DNA from: Lama guanicoe
Taxonomy: Eukaryota
Reading direction: 5' to 3'
Assembly (NCBI GenBank): GCA_013239625.1
Contig: MU055488.1
Location: 9,275-73,274 of the forward strand
DNA: 64,000 nt
The notes beneath the pieces are model-generated. The model was not told the DNA's origin. It saw only the letters and a list, made by a program, of their open reading frames with translations, and did no database searches. Shown here piece by piece: positions 49,322 through 59,720 of this stretch. Numbering within the stretch: position 1 is the first letter of the stretch; every line of letters begins with the position of its first letter. Made by a program: the position numbers and the translations under genes.

Positions 49322-50401
49322 GTATGGACTCCCTGCTCCTCCCAGGAAGTCAGGAGGGCAGAAGGCACAGAGCCAAGCACTCGGTGCCCCCAAACACCAC
49401 CACCCTGGGGCTGGACAGTGGTCTTCCAGCCAGTGAGGGAGGCACCCACGGCCCCGGCTCAGCCAGCCGCCCCCCTACCCCACCCCACTGCAGCCTAAAC
49501 CCAAGACAGGCCAAGTCAGGGGGCCGGGCCCCTCAGCAAACCCACACAAAAATGCCTTGTGGATGGGGTACGGGAAAGGGTCCGCCTTTGCTGTCTAAAC
49601 ATGCTGAATGCCTAGTGCTGGCGGGTGTGGAGTTGGCACCAGCAGCCCTGGGGGGCAGCACCCCCACTCCTGGTTCTTGGGGGAGCAGCCAGGTGCGGGC
49701 AGAGGTGCTCGGGGCGCGTTGCTTAGAGCCTTGAGGAGAAGAGCCGGTGGGGAGGGTGGGGAGGCCCTGGGCACACGGACAGCGTTCGTCACACTGGGAC
49801 CAGGTAGGAATTTGAAGGACACCGGAGTGGTGTTGGCGCAGGAGGACCCCGAGATGCCGAGCCAGAGGGCGGGGAGGCAGGCACAGGACTGGTGTCTTCT
49901 TAAGTATTGGTTCTAAACTGCGGGGGAAAGACCAGACGCCCGCCTTCTCGTAGCGCCGGGCCTCGGCGCCCCTCCCCGCAGGGAGCCTTGGCTAGCAGCA
50001 TGTCACCCACACCAGCTTGGAGGTGCTTCCATGTCACCTGCAACTCGCAGTCGTCCCGATGCTCTGGGGGCTTCAGCGCGGAACAAACCCCAGCTGCAGA
50101 CGGCGCGTGTCACCTGGGTGGCACCGGAGGGCGGGTGGCACCAGAGGGCGGAGGGCTCGCCCTGCGGTGTCTCGGCATCTCCACGTGGTCTTGTTTTCTC
50201 GTTGCTCGTGGGACACATTTTCACACGGGCTCGCGCCTCCCTGCCGTCCTGGGGGCGGCACGTGCCCGACTGGGCCTGGCCCGCTGTCCCCCGGTGGTGT
50301 GCACACCACCACGGCCGAGGGCCTGGAGGTCCAGCCGGCACGGGGCCTGGGCCCGTCCTCCTTCAGAGGCCCCTCTGACCACCGAATGTGGTCGGTTTCA
50401 G

Positions 50402-50480
50402 GAGGCTTTGCTGAAAACGTTAAAGCCAGAGTGGAGAAGCTTCTCGGGATCCCAAGCCTGGAGATGATGGATTTTGCGAG
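50402..50480 (+). CDS. HEXD: HEXD coding exon 9
   Basis: GFAENVKARVEKLLGIPSLEMMDFA; 79 nt. Confidence 0.93.
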
Positions 50481-50552
50481 GTAACCCCTCACCGCAGCCC
50501 TGCCTCTCCCCTCCCGGTCGGACCCGTCCTCAGCTTGGCGTTCTCTGTGCAG

Positions 50553-50654
50553 CGAGGGGGCCGGCTCTTTCCCGGGCAGCGACATCCTGGCCCTCGTCAC
50601 CCAAGTCAGCCTGCACCTGCGCAGCTCCGTGGACGCGCTGCTGGAGAGGGACAG
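50553..50654 (+). CDS. HEXD: HEXD coding exon 10
   Basis: [33 protein letters not shown]; 102 nt. Confidence 0.94.
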
Positions 50655-50820
50655 GTGAGTGGCCAGGGTAGCAGGCCCCCACAGACGGCCATCCTGCAAG
50701 AGGACTTTCTGGGGGGAACCACTCTTTCAAAACACTACCAGATTTTCAGGTCTTATTGGACCACGACGGAGGCTGCCCTGCAAGCCCCACACGCCCAGCT
50801 GTGTGTGGACTTGCCCCCAG

Positions 50821-50910
50821 GTACGTGACGGGCTGGTTCAGCCCCTACCATCGCAGGCGGAAGCTCATCCACCCCGTCGTGATCCAGCACATCCAGCCGC
50901 AGGCGCTCAG
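50821..50910 (+). CDS. HEXD: HEXD coding exon 11
   Basis: [29 protein letters not shown]; 90 nt. Confidence 0.94.
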
Positions 50911-51517
50911 GTACGGCACCCGCCCGGTGCCCACCCTGCGGCTGCTCACGCCCCGCTGCAGCCAGCAGCTTTCCCACGAGCTCTCTAGGTATCAGCCGTG
51001 GGTTCCCAGGTGACTCACCTGATCGGCTGTGCCCTTAGGTGTCCAAGCACCTAGGGCATTCCTGCCTGAGTGGTGGGGTCACCCAACACCCTGAGCAGGG
51101 TCCAGGGCTCAGTGTAGAACCAGGCTGCCTGGGGCTGATCCCAGCCCCACTGCTGTGTGTCACCCTGGGGACAGGGGCCCAGCCAGCCCTCCCTCCGCTC
51201 CTGGCTCTGAGCCGAGGCTGGCAGACTCCCCACTGAGCGTAAAATGCAGGCAGCTGTCATCAGGTCCCTGCACCAAGAGAAACCCCTCCAGCCAGGCGTG
51301 GGTGCCTTCCAGTGTCAGAGATCAACCACGACAGTCAAGTCAGTCACTCCCAACAGCCCCATGCATCGGGCGTGCACAGCCCCGTTTTAAGGATGGGTGA
51401 AGCTGGGGCTCAGGACGTACTGGCCCAGAGGTTGCTCAGGACAGGAATATAGCACATAGGCCGTGAGCTATGCCCAGGGTACTCGCCAGGCGGGCTCACC
51501 GCCGTCCTGGTCCTCAG

Positions 51518-51779
51518 TCTCCTGACCAGGTGGAGCGCCCTCCGGGGGGAGCTGGAGGCCGCCCTGCTGCGTGTCTTCTACCCGGACGCGGTGGAGGAAT
51601 GGCTGGAGGAGAACGTGCAGCCCAGCCTGCAGCGGCTGCAGACTCTGCTGGAGGACCTTGGTGAGGCAGCCGGCCTGGGCGGGACGCAGGCCAGGCCCCC
51701 TGCGGGGAGTGCCGAGCCCGGGCTGGTGGCCTCTCTGCCCTTGTCCAGCTGCCCCCGGCCCAGCACACACTCCTGCTGA
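51518..51779 (+). CDS. HEXD: HEXD last coding exon
   Basis: [47 protein letters not shown]...THSC*. All exons sum to 1515 nt = 504 aa + stop. Confidence 0.9.
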
Positions 51780-51853
51780 CCGGTGGCCCTGGGAAGAAAA
51801 CAGCTTGGGGGGAAAAGGCACACCAGGCCTGTTTTGTGGTCAGCATGTAGAAC

Positions 51854-51859
51854 TTTAAT
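51854..51859 (-). terminator. Candidate CYBC1 poly(A) signal (ATTAAA on -)
   Basis: tttaat on + strand, 8 nt left of the HEXD AATAAA. Confidence 0.5.
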
Positions 51860-51867
51860 TCCTTTGA

Positions 51868-51873
51868 AATAAA
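51868..51873 (+). terminator. HEXD poly(A) signal
   Basis: AATAAA ~90 nt after the HEXD stop. Confidence 0.75.
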
Positions 51874-53254
51874 AAGGAGTAGAAGCCAAAAATACCACTG
51901 ACAAAGATCTGAAGGACTCCAGCACCACCCCAGCTCCCACTGGTGGCAGCTGGGCCCTGACCATGGCCAGAGATCCTCCTTTCTCACCCAACCCAGCCCT
52001 GCGGGAGGGGAGCCGCCAAACACCCTCCCCCTGGTCTCAGGGCCTCTTCCAGCCCAGGGGCGAACACACTAGAAACAAAATACAGCGTTCCACACTTCTG
52101 TAGAAAAAGAATTTGAGATTCAACCACTTAAAAACCTAACCGGCATGTTTAAGTGACCATGTCCCCAAACCAAGGGCTGGCTGGCAGCGACCCCAAGAAG
52201 GGAAGGCTCCTTTCTCTCAAGTTCCCCAGAAATCGCGGTCTCTGGCCCAGGCAACCTCAGAACCTGCTCCACCCGCCATTCCCGGGGGGCACAGCCTCAC
52301 AGGCACCATGCAGGGGTGCTCTGGGCTCACGCTGAACCTGAGGGACCAACCTGGGTCCAGGGAAGTAGGAGAAAACCAGTGGTGCAGGCAGGGGTCAGCC
52401 TCCACGGGGGTGGCTGTAGCTGGCGGCCCAGGCCCTGCTGAAGGGCAGCCGTGAGCCTGGCCCATCCTGGCCGCGCACAAACAGGCCCAGCCGCCAGGGC
52501 TCCCAAGAAGCTGGGGATCTGGTTTCTGAGGGGAGGATCCCGCTTTTCAATGCTGCACGAGCCTAGAAAACCTGCCTCTGCTATCTGCTAAGGTGGGGGC
52601 AGGAGGTTACCCTCCCCATGAGAAGCTGGCTGCAGCCCTGGTTGAACCTGAGACGAGGCCCCAGTGTGGACAGCGGTCTGCAGGCTGGGGAGGCCTTGGG
52701 AGTGGCTTCCGCAGAGCAACCAGGTGGGACCCTGGGCATCCATCCTAAGCCCCAGCAGCTCAGGGGCCAGCACCTCCCTGAGGACGTCCAGCAAGGGAGG
52801 TGATGGGCATGGGGGGCAGGGCAGGAGACCTGAGGACTCCCAAGGACGGCGTCCTCAGAGCCGGACCAGCTGCTGGCCCCGCTGCCGCCTGCTGAAACCT
52901 CATGGCGCCCTGGGAGCTGACTTCCTCCTCAGAGAGCTCAGCCCTGGGCCTCACACCCTGGGCCCCTGGGTGTCCTTCCTTCCCGTTTCAGAGGCTTGAG
53001 CCCCACACGGCTAAGGGCCTGTCCAGACCAGGCCACGCTGCCCCAGCAGACTGTCTGATTCCAGGAGGAGGCCTGTGCCCTCCCTGGACACCTTGGAGCC
53101 TGCAGAGAAGGTCCTGCTGTGCAAGCAGCTGAGGGTTCTGCCCGGCGACTCCTGGGGACATGGCTGGGAGATGAGGAGTGAGACGCGCAGGTGGCCTGTC
53201 AGGCCTGCTGAGGCACCGTCAGAACCGAGGCGCGGTCGGGGGGCTCCGGGGGGG

Positions 53255-53375
53255 TCAGCTCTGGTTCCCAGGGTCGTCAGCCTCGCTGTCACTGCTCTGA
53301 GACAGCTCTGCCGGACTCTCCAGACGGTGCAGCTCCAGAAAAGTAGCGATCAGTTTGGCGATGGCTTCCACGTCA
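53255..53375 (-). CDS. CYBC1: CYBC1 (EROS) last coding exon
   Basis: DVEAIAKLIATFLELHRLESPAELSQSSDSEADDPGNQS*; 121 nt. Confidence 0.95.
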
Positions 53376-53747
53376 CTGGTCCAGGCCGGCCCGGGAGGAA
53401 GGGTGGGTGACCATGGCAGAAGTGCTGGCCACCCCGCAATGGCCAGGGAGACCAAGCCAGTCTCGTCCTGGGCCACCTACATCCAGCACCTCCAGGGGTC
53501 TTCCCCCAACCCTAGCCCAGCCCTTTGACCCCACAGGGGGACCCCTGATGTCCTGTCTCCTGTGCCTGCGGGGACCCCTGACATCTCCCTAGCAGGTGGT
53601 GGCAGGCCTGCCCCACAGCCTCACCTCCCCCCGTTCCTCTGAGCTCTCTCTGCCCTGCCCACTGGGCAGTCTTGTGGGGCTACCTGGCTGGAGGTGAGGG
53701 GCACAGGTGGGCAGCCCTGGGCCATCAGGTCACCCACCCTCGCTTAC

Positions 53748-53892
53748 CTGCGGTGGCCCATGACAGCGCTCTGGGTGAGTGGGTGGGAGAAGCCCGTGGC
53801 AAACCGAAGCACCACCACATAGCCCTTCCCGAAGTAGCGGACCTTCTCTTCCTCCACGTTCACATCCCGGATGTCGCTGAGCAGGACCACCA
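53748..53892 (-). CDS. CYBC1: CYBC1 coding exon 5
   Basis: VVVLLSDIRDVNVEEEKVRYFGKGYVVVLRFATGFSHPLTQSAVMGHR; 145 nt. Confidence 0.96.
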
Positions 53893-54115
53893 CTGCGGGC
53901 AGGGCCAGGTCTGCGACCGTGTTCCCCCCGCCCCGCCCCTCTCGCCTATGTGCTGGCAGTGACTTCAGGGCCATGAGGGATCGAGTCACGCCAGCCATGA
54001 AGCAGAAAACGTGCCAGTCCATGTCTGAGGCTGGGCCCCAGAGGACGCCAAGACCCTAACCTTAGATGTCACAGGTCAGTGACTGCAGTGCAGGATCAGT
54101 TAACATCCCGTCTGG

Positions 54116-54160
54116 GTAAGGTAAGGTAAGGTAAGGTAAGGACCTTCTTAAGGAAGGTCC
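54116..54160. repeat. (GTAAG)5 microsatellite followed by an 8-bp inverted repeat GGACCTTC-ttaag-GAAGGTCC
   Basis: Directly visible. Confidence 0.85.
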
Positions 54161-54479
54161 CGAAGACCCATGTTCCCCCTAGAAAGCCCGCTTCTTTTCC
54201 CGCAAGGGTCTAACAGGTCAGGGAGCGTGGGCTTCCTGCTTCATCTCCCCCAGAGGCTGGAAAGTGCCTTCCTGGTCTCAAGTGGCTAGTCACTGAGCTG
54301 AGGCTGCCCAGCAACTTCCTCTGGCCTGGGCAGGTCCAGGGCACACAGCGTCCACGAGGCAGGACACAACCTGGGTCACCAAGCGGCCAGCTGGAGCCCA
54401 GCCGGTGTCCAGGCCTCAGGCCGGGTCCCTGCCATCACAGCCGGGCATGTGCACCCTGTGTCCTGTCCCGATACCTCAC

Positions 54480-54576
54480 CTTGGTCGTGGCCTGCTCTGC
54501 ACAGGGTCAGCAGCTTCTTGTACAAGCTGAACGTCTTCAGCACCACCTTCCCAGTGCTCTTGTTGAAGACAACTTC
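54480..54576 (-). CDS. CYBC1: CYBC1 coding exon 4
   Basis: EVVFNKSTGKVVLKTFSLYKKLLTLCRAGHDQ; 97 nt. Confidence 0.95.
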
Positions 54577-55129
54577 CTACAACACCGGCCAGAGGTGGTC
54601 ACCTGGCTGCTGGCCTGGGAGCCAGCCTGACACACAGACCTCGCAGACTGCGTCCCCACCCTCATCAGCACAAACTCTCAAGGAGCCATCCCACCCATTC
54701 CAGTCAGAACCCCAGGACCCCGCAGCCTGATCCCTCCACGGGCCAGGGCGAGACAAAGAGGGACACTCTTTCACACAAGAAAGAGAAGAAGTGAGTGCAG
54801 CGAGCAGGGCGTTAAATGTGGGATGGAGGCCGGGGGATGGAATGCAGCGCAGGCCAGGCGGCTCGAAGGACACGCGAAGGGGGACAAGAGTGGTGAGGGA
54901 GGCGGACCTGCCCTTCTATTTCACTAGAAATTCTAGAATGACAGCTTCAGCGGGGTCGTTGGCCCAGAGCTGCTCACAGACAGGCGACGTCCAGGGGCCG
55001 AGTCCGGCCAGCAGAGCCCACCGAGCTCAAGTCTCAGGCTGGGGGCCCGAGGCCCCTGGGGCCTTTCTTCCTGCATTGATCCCCATGCAAGGAAGCCCGG
55101 AGCCCAGCACCCTTCCTGCACGGCCTCAC

Positions 55130-55203
55130 CTCCCAGTCCTCCAGGTTCTGCACGGCCACGAACAAGCAGCCTGTGACGTAGAAGAGCTTCCAGCCCAGAC
55201 TGT
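55130..55203 (-). CDS. CYBC1: CYBC1 coding exon 3
   Basis: SLGWKLFYVTGCLFVAVQNLEDWE; 74 nt. Confidence 0.95.
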
Positions 55204-55797
55204 CTGGGGAGCAGACACAGGAGACAGCAGGTGAGGGGCAGCAGCAGAGGGGCAAAGGCCAACGTGCCCACAGGGGTGCCTCCACCCCTCCCCAGCATGA
55301 CCACTTCTCAGACACTGGGCCAGAGTGGCATCTGGGGGCCCAGCCACCTGCCCACACCTGCAAGGATCCCCCCACAAGGCCCCACTGCACTGCGGGCCCT
55401 GCTTGTCACTCAGGACGTGCTCCGCCAGCTCTGCCCTCAGCTCCCCTGGGCGTCTACCCAGGGTGCCCATCACAGCCTGGTCTGTGACAGCAGGAAGGTG
55501 GGAATGCTCACAGGGAACGGCTGAAATCACAGATCGTCCCAGCAACGGAATCTGAGGCAGACATGAGCGTTTCTGAAGGATGTTTTATAACAAGTAGAAA
55601 TGCTGGAGATACGAGCCAAAAATGCAAACTGTGAGGGACAAACCAGCACATGGAGATGGGGCCGTGCCCTCAAACCAGAGAGGCAGGGGCAGTCAGTCCC
55701 CAAAGCCACGTCCTGGCAGACACAAATGTCGAGCTGCCTCCTTTTCTCTATTTTCCAGACAGCTGAGGAGGGTTCTGGGGGCAGATGAGCAGCTCAC

Positions 55798-55839
55798 CTC
55801 CGCTGTAGTAGGCAGCAGCCAAGCCAATCGACAGGATTC
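55798..55839 (-). CDS. CYBC1: CYBC1 coding exon 2
   Basis: ILSIGLAAAYYSG; 42 nt. Confidence 0.94.
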
Positions 55840-56624
55840 CTGCAGGGAGAAAGCAGGCATCTTCCCACTGGGCCACCACCAGCCCAGGACCCACAGACCC
55901 TTCCCATTGCCAGGGACAGCTGAGGGCAGGGAGCAGGGGGCCAGGAGACACCGGGCTCGGAAGTGGGGGGAACAACCAGTAAGCTTGTTCAGGAGGATGC
56001 TCTACACGAGTCACGGTTCACTGGAGACACATCTACACGGAGCTCCAGGGCCGATGGGGGAACCAGAAAGGGGAGCCTGACGTGGGTGTGAGTCAACAGC
56101 GCACGGTGTGGAATGCAGGCAACACTGCAGGTGCAGAATCACAACCTGGCACCTGACACGGAGCAGGCAGGGTCACAGGAAAGAAGGACCAGAGACGGAC
56201 TGCTGAAGGCACAGTGGCCCTCTCCTCACCCCTCGGATCAGTTAGTACAGGGCAGCTGCCGGGCGGTGTGGGGCCTCCAGTGGGTAGTGACATGGACAGA
56301 GGCCGGGGCCTCCCCCACTTACTCCTCACTGTCACCCATCACATGGGCTCGAGAATAAATGAGACGCTGGGGACAAAGTGTATGAAAGCAAGCAAATGAG
56401 GAAGTAAGGGACCCCAGGAGTGCGTACAGGTGTCAACCAAGGGACAAAACAGACAGGTCACCTGTAAAAACACGCGCCTAGGATAAAAGTTGGAAGGATA
56501 CAAAGAAGTTAAACCATTGCTATATTTTGGGTTAGTAGAACAGAACAAAAATTTAGTTTCATTTTCATCTTCAGAATTTTTCAACTTAGAATTTTAACTT
56601 GAGAAGAAATATAAGCGTTCTTAC

Positions 56625-56709
56625 CAACCAGCAGGGACCAGGACCTGATGCCCGGAGCCCTCTTCAGATGGAGGCGGGAGCTGGTGCGTGTCTCCACCTG
56701 CATGTACAT
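56625..56709 (-). CDS. CYBC1: CYBC1 first coding exon
   Basis: MYMQVETRTSSRLHLKRAPGIRSWSLLV|gtaag. The six exons sum to 564 nt = 187 aa + stop. Confidence 0.96.
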
Positions 56710-57499
56710 CCCTGGAACGTGCTGCCACCACTCTAGACAGGCGACCGCGGGCTGGGAGGGGCAGACACACAGACAGCTGGAGTCCTCGAGCCACTGCTCA
56801 CAAGCACTCAGCTCCTCTCCAGGACAGGAAGCCAGGGCGCCCACCTGCAAGGCCCACACAGGCGCAGAAACCAATCAACCTGTATTGACCGCCGTCTCTG
56901 TGGTCAGGCAAGTCATTTAAACCCCTAGAGGCCCATTTCCTCTGTAAGGAAGGTCCTTCTCTGCTCAGCTTCAATGACTGCACTGGGGCTACGTCTCCTG
57001 CTCAGACTCCCAAAGTATCAACAAGCACTCGGTCATCGCCTGCGGCATCTGACCTGGAAACCTCGGTCTCCTGAAAACCATTAGCCCCCAGCAGCCTTCA
57101 CACTTCCGGCACCCTACCAGAACCTACTGGAACGCCCTAGTTCCCTGTGCTGGCCTCCCGGAAGGGGAACTGAAAGTTCATCACGGTCTGAGTCTACTGG
57201 CACTGACCGAGAAAGTCAGCTCTGCGGTCTCCTCCAGCCGCCGAGACAACGGGCTACACCCAGCGGAGGGTCCGCAGGTCCCAGGGTATCTGCTGAGGGA
57301 AGGAGTCGCCAAGGGGGCCGATCTTGCACACGTGGAGAATTGTGCCCTGCAGCCTGCAATATGCTCGAAACGCAGGCTCCAGGAATCCCGTTCTCGGCAG
57401 CCTTTCAGACAGCCCCTGTAAAGTCAGGTCAAATTTCTCACAGTTGCGGGTTCAAGTCACAAACGACGCCAGCCAGGATCCTGGGACGGCACCGGCTCT

Positions 57500-58220
57500 C
57501 TCTCCTCACATTTCTCATCTGTCCCCACGCGTGTCTCGGCCGCCCACGGGGCGAGGTCACGCCCCCGCCTGCCCCTGCGGCCACCGCTCGAGCCCCGCCG
57601 TCTCGCGCGCCAGGCCCCCGGGGCATCAACCCAGGCCAGGTCCCGAGATCGCGCTCCCGGAAGGACACCGGGACGTGGGAGCCGCTCCCAGCCCGCCCCG
57701 CGACCCCCGACGGCAGCATGGCCCCAGGCGCCTAACGCGGACACTAACCTGCGGGCATTGACGCGGGGCGGGAAGGACCTCAGGGCCTCTGGACCTGCTG
57801 GCGGCTGACTTCCTGCCCTGGGGGCGGGCCGGCGCTAACTTCCGGACCCGCGGAGGCGGTTGGAATAGCCGGCTGCCGGGGGCGGGACTGAGCTGACTTC
57901 CGGACCCGAGATGAGGGAGGGGTGCGGATGGGTCAGCTGATTTCCGGGGCGGGACCAGGGCGGCGCTGACTTTCGGACCCGCCGGGGCGGACGGCACAGT
58001 TGACTTCCGGGGAGGAACCGGCACGGCGCTGACTTCCGGACCCGCGGGGGCAGATGGGACAGCTGAACTTCCGGGTCTGTCGTTAGCCCTGAAGCTGGGA
58101 GGACGAGCAAAGGTTCCCCCGCAGAGGCGCCTGCGAGCGGCAGAGGGCGCAGCGGCGGTCGGAGGGCAGGTCAGTGCCAGTGGCGGCCGCGTGGTGTCCG
58201 CGGAGGTAGGTGAGTTATAC
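57500..58220 (-). promoter_or_regulatory. CYBC1 CpG island/promoter with a tandem ETS (CCGGAAGT) motif array and GC boxes; candidate non-coding exon 1 ending at 57749
   Basis: Eight GCTGACTTCCGG-like units at 57804-58074; cag|gttagt donor on - strand. Confidence 0.75.
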
Positions 58221-59052
58221 CTCGAAAAAGCCGTTGAGAACAGTGGGAAAACGTCCTATACTTAGCTAACCTAACAACAGACATGTGTGAACTTTATGGT
58301 AGATTCTTTAAAAACTTTACTGTGGAACACTAAAGTAGATATAAGATAGTTGTCCATGGATTGGAAAATTACTGTAAAAATGTAAATTTTCCCAACTTGA
58401 TCTACAGATTCAAAATACAAACCCAGTAAAAATGTCAACACGGAAAAAAAAAAACAATCTGAACAGTTCTGCAAGGCACCGTGGAGGAGGCTAGGGGGAA
58501 GCAGAGATACTTGACCCCCAAAAAAACTCACTGTCGCTGGGAAAACTAAACGTCCACTTGTTTGTGATGGCAGGTCTTCTGTTGCTCAGAAACTTGCCCC
58601 AGTGTCTGGGAAGGGGGTTGTAGTGGGAGAGACAAATTTTCTGCAGGAAAACCTTGCAGTAGATGCTGAAGAAGCCTCCCACTCTCTGCCTACCCCCACG
58701 GCCCCCAGATAAGGCCCAGAGCAGGACCCTAACTTGCCTTTCTGTTTCCCAGCAGGAGAACCTCCATCTCCCAGCCACTGCCTATTGCAGTGGTCTCCAA
58801 AGTGGGATGGTCAGGATGGTCTGTGGAGTGCTGGAAGAACGTAATAGAGTTGCATTCATACTTATTTTATCATTTTGTATCTATTTTTGTTTTATAGTTT
58901 GCGTAAGATTGATACACAGTGCATAATGTTACCTTATAAAGAAACATACATTCTTCAGTATGCATAACCTTAGAAGTTTACCATTTAGGCACAGAATCAA
59001 AAACTTGGAGACAACTTTTCTACTTTGCCCATGTTCTTCAGATACTCTCCAC

Positions 59053-59205
59053 TAGTGGTTCCCAAACCTGAGCATGCACCAGAATCACCTGGCGGGCTTG
59101 CGGAAACACAGACTGTTGGGCCTGTTCCCAGCAGCGGGCAGGACCCGAAAATGCAGATGTGCTGATGCTGCTGGTCTGGGAATCACACTTTGACAACCTC
59201 TGCTG
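59053..59205. mobile_element. MER5A-like hAT DNA transposon
   Basis: agtggttcccaaacctgagcatgcaccagaatcacctgg...gctgatgctgctggtctgggaatcacactttga. Confidence 0.8.
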
Positions 59206-59547
59206 TAAGCTGCAACAGAAGTAGGTTCTGCCTGAACATGGCAGGTTCCTGACCTGGTGATGCCTCAGCTCACATTCCATCTTCTTGAAGTGCTTTCTCC
59301 TGTCAAGATCCCACACCATCTTAAAGGTCCCTTTGAACTGTTAGCACCTCCTTTAAGTCCCTCCTGCTTGATGAAGGTGGAAGTGATCTTATTCCTTAGA
59401 ATTTAGGTAGAACTGAGTTGATACCCAGAAAATTCTACTTTGCATTACAGTTTTTTGCATAACTTCACCTTCCCTACTAGACTACAAACCATTTAAAAAT
59501 GAAGCCTACATTGGCATTCTACTAACGTTAAAAGAGTGAACAAGTTC

Positions 59548-59720
59548 ATGCTGTAGAGCACAGGGAACAATATTTGATTTGTAGTAACTTATGTTGAAAA
59601 AGAATATGAAAACGAATATATGTATGTTCATGTATGACTGAATCACTGTGCTGTACACCAGAAATTGAGACAACATTGTAAAATGACTGTACTTCAATAA
59701 AAATGTGTATATTAAAAAAG
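59548..59720 (+). mobile_element. Younger (cetartiodactyl/camelid-type) L1 3' end
   Basis: tgtagagcacagggaac...aaaagaatatgaaaacgaatatatgtatgttcatgtatgactgaa...tgctgtacaccagaaattga...acttcaataaaa. Confidence 0.75.

Noticed and set aside
48592-49734. 380-aa ORF as a single-exon gene
   Set aside because: It is three HEXD exons joined by in-frame, stop-free GC-rich introns with canonical splice sites.
57804-58074. CRISPR-like repeat-spacer appearance
   Set aside because: Eukaryotic promoter context, 12-bp degenerate repeats, irregular related spacers and no cas genes.
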